NCBI GenBank assembly: GCA_965153355.1
Contig: OZ231126.1
Span: 7,378,001 to 7,442,000 of the forward strand
Length of the DNA: 64,000 bases
DNA from: Flaccisagitta enflata
Lineage: Eukaryota
Direction of reading: 5' to 3'
Shown here: positions 35,772-61,356 of the stretch, in pieces
How the letters are laid out: every line of letters begins with the position of its first letter
How positions within the stretch are numbered: the stretch's first letter is position 1
The notes under the pieces: model-generated
The model's database searches: none
What the model was told of the DNA's origin: nothing
What the model saw: only the letters and a program-made list of their open reading frames with translations
Position numbers and translations under genes: made by a program

Positions 35772-36413
35772 TTTGTGTGGGTGTGGAGGGTATACGACCC
35801 TGCTCATCTATCCGCGTCAATGTTTATCATTACACGCTAAAAAAGATAGTTTTTTGAGGAAAACGATATTCGCGATTTTAATGGTTTTAAAAATGAGATT
35901 GCGTTATGACAGATTTGATAACTGACAGATTTGATAACTGGTACAATCAATAATGACTTCATTCGTTGGTAATCGACACCTTTTTTTATCAGAATTAACA
36001 AATATCAATTTCCAAATTTCTTTTTTCGGCAATTTTATCGCATTCTATCATTTCCATGAGGATCATTTTCAGTCGCTTGCTTAATGACTCTCTATTATTA
36101 CTGACTTTGTACTGACTTTGTACTCAAATTAGTCCAATTACGCCAAAATCTTTATCCATATGATTTGTTGTGTGATATTCACCCTTACTGATTTGCATTT
36201 GAATAATTTGTAAATATTGTTGATCATCTTAATGTTTTAAAATCATTAGTAAAGAAGAGAGACCTTGATACAGTATCTATCAAACCCTTCATTTGAGTTA
36301 AGGAACCATTGTTCATAGCTACCACAGAGTGTCAAGACACAGTGTAAACGAAATTCATAGTAATACAATTACGTATGCAAATAAGCTCCTAGCATGTGGA
36401 GCTTGAGGCCATA

Positions 36414-37152
36414 CACTTTTTTTTTTATAAGCACCTCGTTTATAAGCACGCCCAGCCTCAAATATTGGAAAAATTTAAGCACATTGCTAAGCACGCTCCA
36501 GGCTGAGATTTGCAATTTGGAAAAAATATTAGTAAATATTTTAAAAAACGCAAATTTTTAGATATTCTTTTTTAGAACCTTAAGAATTATTAGTTACTTT
36601 TTTAGTTAGAATTGAAAATTATCAAAGATGTTTTCAATCTCATGCTTAATTATTAGCTGACCAAGCTCAATCTTCAGAATATTAAGGATTTTGACATTGA
36701 TAGGAATATTCTGATTTCTAATGATCTCTACATTATTGTACATAGATACTATTGTATGTAGATGCTATTGTATACAGGTACTATTGTTTACAGATACTAT
36801 TGTTTAAAAAAATTATCTCTATAACCAAATCTAAAGAAGCACTAAAAGATTAACTAAATGTATTTGTATTGTATTCTATATTTACTTTGTATAAAAAAAA
36901 TATCTCTGTAACAAAATCTAAAGAAGCACTAAAAGATTAACTAAATGTATTTTGATTGTATTCTATATATATTATGTTCTATATTGTAAAGTATATTCAG
37001 TTCTATAATCTGTATTAAATACACAGTAGTTTTAATATTTCCCCCTGATTTAAGATAAGCACGCACTTAAGCACATTTTAGCCTCAAAAATTTGATTTTG
37101 CTAAGCACGCTCAGCCTCAGCTGAAAAAAGTGCGTGCTTATAAAAAAAAGTG
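36414..37152. mobile_element. MITE with CAC(T)nATAAGCAC termini
   Basis: CACTTTTTTTTTTATAAGCAC...GTGCTTATAAAAAAAAGTG; a related element TA|CACGCTTTTCTTTTTATAAGAAC...GTTCTTATAAAATGAAAAGCGTG|TA lies at about 38187-38610. Confidence 0.7.
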
Positions 37153-37315
37153 GGAGATCAGCAGCGTCGCTTACGAAATAGCTAATTGGATGCCGCATGC
37201 TACAATGTTTGAAAATGAAATGATGCAATTACATTTTTTGTAAATGTTGAATTTCCACTTGCATTTCCCATTGCCCCCTCCCCCCCCCCCCGCCCCCGCC
37301 CCCCCTTCTCCATAG

Positions 37316-39470
37316 GCACCCGGTCCAACGGGGAATATTTGGAAGTCTTTCAAGATCACGAGAGGGCGCAGCAAGTCTCATCAAAGTCCGAAGATGAGGA
37401 AAGAACAAAACAAAAGGCCAAACAAAGCCTGAGCAAAGAAGAGACCAAACAAAAGGTTCAGGACAGCGTGGAAACGAAACAAAAGGTCAAGGACAATGTG
37501 GACAAATTCAATCGACTGTTCCAGACTGAATCTGCGCCGCCTCCACCACCGCCGCCGCCAATAAAGGAAAAACCCAAAATAATGAACAAAGAAAGAGCAA
37601 AAAGAAGAATGCAAGCGCTGATGAGCGGAAATGAGTGGCTGCAAGGAAGAGGTGGTGGAGGAGGTGTTGGAGAAGGTAGTGATGATGAAGGTGAAAGAGG
37701 TGGTGGTGGTGGTGATGGTGGTGGTGACGGCGATGATGGTAGAGTGAAATACAATGAGGAGGGGAAAGAAAAGAAACAGGAGGAAGAGGGACAAAACTAT
37801 AAAGAAAGAAAGGAAGAAAAAAGAGAAATAGAAACAGAGAGAGGAAAGGAGAAACAGAGGGACTTTCCAGCTGAAATTGTGGCAGTGAGAATTGCTTCCA
37901 GAGAAAACTCACTCAAGAAAAAAGTTCCAAGGTAAAATTAAAGACAACGAGGCCGGATACACGGCTACCCTAGTCGCGTGCGGATGGGCAGGAGCAGTGT
38001 TGGAGAAGGTCACTAGAGTACATCTGGGCAGGAGCTGATACCAACCGACCGACCAACCGACCGACCAACCAACCGACGGACCTACATAGCGGGGTGTAGA
38101 GTCGCGTTGCACGCGACTAAAAAAGATAAATTTAGCATCAAGTATTAAATCCATAGTTGGATGACATAAACACCGATATTACATACACGCTTTTCTTTTT
38201 ATAAGAACACTGTTTATAAGAACCTCAGCCTCAGATTTTGCCAAAAAATAAGAACATCTTAAGAACATGCTGAGCCTCAGATTTGAAGATAAGAATATAA
38301 ATTTTCAAAAAAGTAGTAAAATTAGATGAAAAACCCTGAATGACAGATATTTTGATAATGCTTCCTTAAATGATAATTTATTATTTATCAAATATCAATC
38401 TTACATTTCTTTTTATCTATTGAAAATAGTTTTTTTTTTTACAATTGCTTAAAAAACAAATTTTTTTATTATTAAGGATATATAATTGAAGAGATTATCT
38501 AATTCAAAAATAAGATTATGTTAAGAACGCTTGAGCCTCAAAAAGAGGCTGAAAATAAAAACGCTGAGGCTGACTTTAAAAATCCATGTTCTTATAAAAT
38601 GAAAAGCGTGTAATGCGTTATTGCATAGTGGTGTACACGGCACTGCGTACACCAATAGCGCCGTGCATCTTTGCTTCAATGTTTTCACCTCCCCCCCCCC
38701 CAAACACACAAATCGCCTCCATCCCGCCCCCCCCTGGAAACAATGACCATTTTCTGATATTCCAATATTTCTGTTTATAATAGTGGATCAAGTAGCGAGG
38801 AAGCGGAGGAGGAAGAAGAGGCAGAAAGCACGCGGGGGCCATCTAGAGGAGCGTCGTTCTCTGACCAATCAGATTCCGGCGTTAAGCCTTACTTCATGAC
38901 TTCGTTAGAACGGAAAAAACTACCAACCAAAGAAAATAACGACTACGAACCAGTAAAATTTGGTGGGAAGGTCGACACCACTGGCCACAACAACAACGGC
39001 ATAAACAATGACGACAAGAGCAGCAAAACAAACAACAGCAGCCACAACAACGAAAAGGTTGTTGGAGTTTCTTATCCAAAGCCAAAACAAAGAAATGATC
39101 GAAATGAATGTACAAGTTCTACATTAGGGCGACGTGATCTTGACAGAAGCGGAAGCGGAAGCGGAAGCGGAAGTGGAAGCGAGTTTGTTCCGCGCGGAAG
39201 AAGAGAAACGTGTTCCGATTCGGAAGATTATAAGAATCATGTGATTGAATCTTCTGGTTCTAAACTTCGACGAAATACTTCAAAGATCTACAACAATGAC
39301 GAAAACAAAATCAATAACAGCGGCAAGAACAACAACAACCACAACGATAAAGACGATGGTGACGTTGGGTCCACAGAAGAAACAAAAGACATACCTCGCA
39401 AATTGTCCACTGGGAGCGCTTCGAGTCGTCACCGTCGGAGGGACTCAGACAAAAGCGCAAAAGATGACGA

Positions 39471-39565
<95 letters not shown>

Positions 39566-39768
39566 CTCAACATGACAGGGAGTTTCTGAATTCTCTCGCC
39601 GAGTTAAATGCGTGCATTCAGGCTGTGTTTGGCGACAGCAGCGCTGCGACGGCGGCGAATGAAAACAAAACTGAAATTCCGTCAACAAAAGACAAAAAGA
39701 AAATGCGTGTTAACCCGAATGAGGACGCATCCATACCAAGCTTGAGCAAGCAAATGACGGATATTTGA
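37316..39768 (+). CDS. Two spliced low-complexity coding exons (3' end of a plus-strand gene, possibly the Ig-TM gene)
   Basis: Exon 37316-37931 has a pyrimidine tract plus CATAG acceptor (phase 1) and an AG|GTAAAA donor. It joins in frame to 38784-39768 (ATAG acceptor), which ends ...SKQMTDI*. Poly-Pro, Gly, GS and Asn runs; Tyr motifs GEYLEV and NDYEPV. Confidence 0.6.
37945..38123 (-). mobile_element. HINE/DINE-like element copy
   Basis: GGCCGGATACACGGC...(GACC)n...AGTCGCGTTGCACGCGACTAAAAA. Confidence 0.7.
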
Positions 39769-40095
39769 ATGAATTGTGACAATTCAAAATCCACGCCATT
39801 TTGCAGATGCATCTCACTATCAGTACATAGACAATGGATTGAACGAATTATCACTGAATAAGACGTTGATTTTCAAAACGATGTACTGGCATTTTAAAGA
39901 CTATCAAGTAACATAAAAGAGAACTCATCACGAGAGCAGGGAAAAAAAGATGATAGACATCAAATTGTATATCTGAGGTCAAATAGCACATACTGTCTGA
40001 CGTCAATTACAATCATTCGCGTTCGTATTTTTGTCTTTTGACGTTTTCTGTTCTCTCTCTCGCGCATAATTTCATTCTTTCTTTCTTTCTTTCTC

Positions 40096-40135
<40 letters not shown>

Positions 40136-40182
40136 TCCTTCTTTCTTTCTTTCTTTCTTTCTTTCTATCTTTCTTTCTTTCT

Positions 40183-40274
<92 letters not shown>

Positions 40275-40284
40275 ACTGACTGAC

Positions 40285-55816
<15,532 letters not shown>

Positions 55817-55820
55817 CTGT

Positions 55821-55969
<149 letters not shown>

Positions 55970-56010
55970 AAGCACGATGGTATCTCATCAAAATCGGCGA
56001 TTTTCGATAG

Positions 56011-58443
56011 TTCCCTCAATGATCTATCCACCCGAAGGGGGAAAGGTTGGGGCTTTCTGGCAGGGGTTTTAAAGGGGGATTTTGCAAATTATTGAAGGAA
56101 CTATTGAAGGAACTATTGAAGGAACTATTGAAGGAACTATTGAAGGAACTATTGAAGGAACTATTGAAGGAACTATTGAAGGAACTATTGAAGGATACTA
56201 TTGAAGGAACTATTGAAGGAACTATTGAAGGAACTATTGAAGGAACTATTGAAGGAACTATTGAAGGAACTATTGAAGGAACTATTGAAGGAACTATTGA
56301 AGGAACTATTGAAGGAACTATTGGTCAACTAAGTTCCCTCAATGTTTAATCCAGTTCCTTCAATGTTTAACCCAGTTCCTTCAATGCTTAACCCAGATCC
56401 TTCAATGTTTAACCCAGTTCCTTCAATGTTTAACCCAGTTCCTTCAATGTTTAACCCAGTTCCTTCAATGTCTAACCCAGTTCCTTCAATGTTAAACCCA
56501 GTTCCTTCAATGTTTAACCCAGTTCCTTCAATGTCAAACCCAGTTCCTTCAATCTCAAACCCAGTTCCTTCAATCTCAAACCCAGTTCCTTCAATCTATA
56601 ACCCAGTTCCTTCAATCTATAACCCAGTTCCTTCAATCTATAACCCAGTTCCTTCAATCTATAACCCAGTTCCTTCAATCTATAACCCAGTTCCTTCAAT
56701 CTATAACCCAGTTCCTTCAATCTATAACCCAGTTCCTTCAATCTATAACCCAGTTCCTTCAATCTATAACCCAGTTCCTTCAATCTATAACCCAGTTCCT
56801 TCAATCTATAACCCAGTTCCTTCAATCTATAACCCAGTTCCTTCAATCTATAACCCAGTTCCTTCAATCTATAACCCAGTTCCTTCAATCTATAACCCAG
56901 TTCCTTCAATCTATAACCCAGTTCCTTCAATCTATAACCCAGTTCCTTCAATCTATAACCCAGTTCCTTCAATCTATAACCCAGTTCCTTCAATCTATAA
57001 CCCAGTTCCTTCAATCTATAACCCAGTTCCTTCAATCTATAACCCAGTTCCTTCAATCTATAACCCAGTTCCTTCAATCTATAACCCAGTTCCTTCAATG
57101 TTTGACCCAGTTCCTTCAATCTCTGACCCAGTTCCTTCAATCTCTAACCCAGTTCCTTCAATCTCTAACCCAGTTCCTTCAATCTCTAACCCAGTTCCTT
57201 CAATCTCTAACCCAGTTCCTTCAATCTCTAACCCAGTTCCTTCAATCCATAACCCAGTTCCTTCAATCTATAACCCAGTTCCTTCAATCTATAACCCAGT
57301 TCCTTCAATCTATAACCCAATTCCTTCAATCTATAACCCAGTTCCTTCAATCTATGGCCCAGTTCCTTCAATCTATAACCCAATTTCAGCCTTCTTTGAC
57401 CCAGTTCCTTCACTCTATAACCCAGTTCCTTCAATCTATAACCCAGTTCCTTCAATCTATAACCCAGTTCCTTCAATCTATAACCCAGTTCCTTCAATCT
57501 ATAACCCAGTTCCTTCAATCTATAACCCAGTTCCTTCAATCTATAACCCAGTTCCTTCAATGTTTGACCCAGTTCCTTCAATCTATAACCCAGTTCCTTC
57601 AATCTATAACCCAGTTCCTTCAATCTATAACCCAGTTCCTTCAATCTATAACCCAGTTCCTTCAATCTCTAACCCAGTTCCTTCAATCTATAAACCAGTT
57701 CCTTCAATCTATAACCAAGTTCCTTCAATCTGTAACCCAGTTCCTTCAATCTATAACCCAATTCCTTCAATCTATACTGCTTAGTTTCATTGTCCCTGCT
57801 TAGTTCCTTCAATCTATAGCAGTTCCTTTAATCCTAACAACCCGATTCTTAATCTATAACCCAGTTCAGTCAATCTATAACTTAGTTCCTTCAATCTATA
57901 ACCCAGTTCCTTCCATCTATAACGGATTCCTTCAATCTACTTGATTCCTTCCAATCCCTATAGCAGTTCCTTCAATCTCTTGATTCCTTCAATCTATAGC
58001 CCAGTTCCTATTAAATATAACTGATTCCTTCTAATCTATAACCCAGTTCCTTCAATCTATAACCCAGTTCCTTCAATCTATAACCCAGTTCCTTCAATCT
58101 ATAGCAGTTCCTTCAATCTATAACTAGATTCCTTCAATCTATAACCCAGTTCCTTCAATCTATAACCCAGTTCCTTCAATCTATAACCTGGGTCCTCCAA
58201 TCTATAACCCAGTTCCTTCAATCTATAACCCAGTTCCTTCAATCTATAACCCAGTTCCTTCAATCTATAACCCAGTTCCTTCAATCTATAACCCAGTTCC
58301 TTCAATCTATACCCCAGTTCCTTGCCCGTCGAGTGGAAAACGAGGAAATGCGAATCTCCACTTTGACTCCCGCGCCATGGACCTTTGAAAGCGCAGAAGA
58401 AATGGGCGATGGAAGTAACGAAGGGGTCGTAACTGAGTTTTGA
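56011..58443 (+). CDS. Candidate last two exons of an unidentified plus-strand gene, flanking the 21-bp satellite
   Basis: 56011-56045 (TTTTCGATAG acceptor, xPSMIYPPEGGK, AAG|GTTGGG donor) joins in phase 0 to 58318-58443 (CCCCAG acceptor; FLARRVENEEMRISTLTPAPWTFESAEEMGDGSNEGVVTEF*). No recognisable homology; the minus strand of 58320-58432 is also open. Confidence 0.35.
56089..56322 (+). repeat. 12-bp minisatellite (TATTGAAGGAAC)n
   Basis: About 19 near-perfect copies. Confidence 0.95.
56331..58320 (+). repeat. 21-bp minisatellite (TTCCTTCAATCTATAACCCAG)n, ~2 kb
   Basis: Seen directly; it accounts for the YNPVPSI, ITQFLQS and LKELGYR pseudo-ORFs. Confidence 0.97.
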
Positions 58444-58568
58444 AGAGAAAGAAAAACAATTTTACTTAACTAGGTAAAAACCTTTATTAACAGTGTTACA
58501 GACTTATGTCGAATGTCGCATTTAGGTGGGCAAGAGCAAATTAAGTCATTTAACAGGGGCAGTTACGA

Positions 58569-58973
58569 TTTTTAGTCGCGTGCTGCGCGACTCTATAACC
58601 CGCTATGTCGGTTGGTTGGTCGGTCAGTTGGTTTGTCACCATTGGCTTTTTCAGCGTTTTTGGGATTTTTGCACTACTGCTTCCGGCCAAATACTCTAGT
58701 TTGCCTTTTTTATCACCGCCGCTGCCCATCCGCACGCGACTTTGGTAGTGGTGTATCCGGCCTTGTTTTTAGTTGCGTGCACGCGACTCTACAACCCGCC
58801 GGTCCGGCCAGCCTGTCGGCTGTCGGTCAGTTGGTCGGTCGGTCGTTGCCACTTTACTTTTTTATGATTTTATTTCTTTGACTCACTGCTCCCGCAGAAT
58901 GGTCGGTCCGTGACCTCAATGAGGCTCCCGCCCACTGGCACGCGACTTCGGTAGCTGTGTATTCGGCCTTGTT
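58569..58973 (+). mobile_element. Two head-to-tail HINE/DINE-like elements
   Basis: TTTTTAGTCGCGTGCTGCGCGACT...GTGTATCCGGCCTTGTT is followed immediately by TTTAGTTGCGTGCACGCGACT...GTGTATTCGGCCTTGTT. Confidence 0.72.
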
Positions 58974-59439
58974 TCTTATGTGGGCACCCAAGAATCCTGG
59001 AAAAGCATAGTTATTGAGAGGGACAAACCGACTGATTGATGGACGTTTTTATTGAGTTGCAAAGTATGATGTGTAGCAGGAAAAGGAGCTGAAAAAGAAT
59101 CTTTGGCAATATCTACCTCCTAATCCTACAAAAGACTATTGTGATCCTAGTTTGCCAAATTTTGCCCTTAAACATTGGTCAAACTGTAAACGCACGTTTT
59201 GATTTGAGGCCTTAAACAGGGGGGCAACGACTGCATGAATGAATGATGGTTCATATCACTTCCCAGTAGAACTAATTGAGGGGACAAGTGTCCTCTTAGG
59301 ACTCTCACCAAGAAATCTCCTTTTCTGTCTTTTGTTTGCTCGATGATAGATGGTTGCACTGGGGTGTTACATCGTTAGATCAATTTATGCACCAGACACA
59401 TTCCAAACAAATGAACAAGTGTCCGCTTTTAACGAAATT

Positions 59440-60190
59440 GTAATGTAGTGTAATGTAATGTAATTTATTTAGACAGGACAGTGCAAGATCATCTAGTACA
59501 GTAAAAGCCATATCTTGGATAGCCCGAAAAAGTATAGAACTTATTTCCATCGGGGTCCACGACTAAGTAAAAGTACGACAACCGTTAACTGTTATAAAAA
59601 CATGTAAACTTCAGATGAAATGAGTAAAAACTTGAAATAAAAATGCCAGACCAAAAAGCCATGAAAAACTAGTAACTGGCAGACATATGTGCCTTCAGCC
59701 GTGATTTGAAAGCCTTCTCGTTCTGCATAGTTTTTATATCATTCGGCAATGAGTTCCAATCCGAAATACCACTGAAGAAAAAACTTTTTTTCAATACCTC
59801 AGTGTTACCAATCTTAGGCACAAAAAAGTTCGTACTACTTCCGCGTGTACCGTATTTGTGTACATCATCAACACGCTTAAAATTCTCCATCATGTAATCA
59901 GGTGCAGTTTTAGAGAAAACACGGAAGACATGGAGAAGCTTAAAATATCGCACCCGATCTAAAACAGACAACCAGCCTAATGTTTTAAGATGAACAGAAT
60001 CAATGTGGGAACAAAAATCGAGGTTGAAGATAAATCTAATCATCTTTCGTTGTAAGATATCCAGCTTTCTTTTACACTCTGCCGTGACACTCGTGTACCA
60101 AGATGAGCAACAGTAGTTAAAATAAGGTTGCACTAATGCCGAACATAGGGTTTTTCGCACCTCCGTATTCATCATGTGTCCGTTCCTATG
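59440..60190 (-). mobile_element. 5'-truncated non-LTR retrotransposon (CR1/L2/Crack-like), C-terminal part of ORF2 with 3' UTR and short-repeat tail
   Basis: ORF 59669-60217 contains RKTLCSALVQPYFNYCCSSW...LDILQRKMIRFI...LGWLSV..R...H.YGTR...KKSFFFSGISDWNSLP..IK...FKSRLK, typical of the post-RT region. On the minus strand AATAAA is followed by a (TTACA)n-like tail at about 59440-59463. Confidence 0.85.
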
Positions 60191-60231
60191 ACGGCAAGTC
60201 CCCCAGAAAAACAGCAAACGCTTCAGCCTAC

Positions 60232-60954
60232 TTTAAGTTCAATACGGCGTCATAAATCCCCTCATTAATGTTTTCTTCGGTCAAGTAGTCACTGTCTGCA
60301 CTTAATGAGCTAATATTCACCTCAACATAGTCTTTAAAGGGGGATTTGATAGACAATATATATGAAAAAAGCAGCAGAATAGTGGCATTTTTGTGAGAAA
60401 CCGTCGACATTTTTTCCCATGACTCTTCATATCATAACATTTTTCTGACAATCAATACAATTTCGTTGCTAACCAAGCTGTTTATATTCTCCAGCAGGAT
60501 TCCTAATAAGATGACAAAGCGATGCGGGGGCCGGCTTTTCATTATTATAATCAGGGGAGAGGTCAAAAGCTATGTACCTTGGGTGACAAAGATAATTTAC
60601 ATAATGACGGAAAAATCAGAAAAAAGTAGTATTTTGGTTGTAGAAATCATAGAAAACTGTTACCGAAGCATTGAAGCATCTTAACAGTGATCATTGATGG
60701 TGACTTAGTAAAAAAAATTCACTCATTTGTAATCATACAACCGAGAAAGCCATGTTACGTGAGGCCATTACCAAGAAAAAAAACTTTAGATCTAACTTTT
60801 TCCTGTGGTCGAAATTATAAGACAGCCAAATGCGGGGATTTTTTGCATTTTCAAAAACATAGTTCTCTTTGGAATCGAATTTGGAAGAGAACTATGTTTT
60901 TCGTTTTTTCATTTTTTTTGTTTTCTATGCAAACTTATAATTTTGACCAGCACC
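60232..60954 (-). CDS. Possible chain of small exons downstream of the YR ORF
   Basis: complement(60935-60954, 60759-60802, 60664-60679, 60474-60577, 60232-60331) are GT-AG bounded and phase-compatible, giving GAGQNYKKKLDLKFFFLVMASHASMLRYIAFDLSPDYNNEKPAPASLCHLIRNPAGEYKQLDYVEVNISSLSADSDYLTEENINEGIYDAVLNL. No known homology; could be chance. Confidence 0.3.
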
Positions 60955-61356
60955 CTGTCAGTGGACGAAAAAGAAATTTGTAGAAATTTCTAGTAAAACA
61001 TCTTTAGAAATCTTGGCAAAATCTGAGTTTGGCAAATTCTGAGTTTCTTGCTTAAGGGATGCAAATTTTACTTTCAAATGTCATGTATGTCTAATCTCAA
61101 TCACTTTTATTCATTTGTTTTTCTATTTTAACTTTCAAATTTTTTCCATTTTGACGCAAGTTGATACCCTAAATGTTGGCTTCGTGGGCACGCTGTCCTA
61201 TACAAAAATGCGAGCCTGGATGAGATACGTTTAATACTCGTCCGTGCGTGTACAACCCCACTAAGCTGTTCATCCAGTAGAATGTATTAATTTAACCGAA
61301 CCAACTTCTCAAACATTCAAAACGACTCGGGACGCACGACTCTACATGTTGCTCTA

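Noticed and set aside
56342-57803. 480-aa (YNPVPSI)n and 233-aa (ITQFLQS)n ORFs
   Set aside because: Translations of a 21-bp satellite that is open in several frames on both strands; no evidence of coding function.
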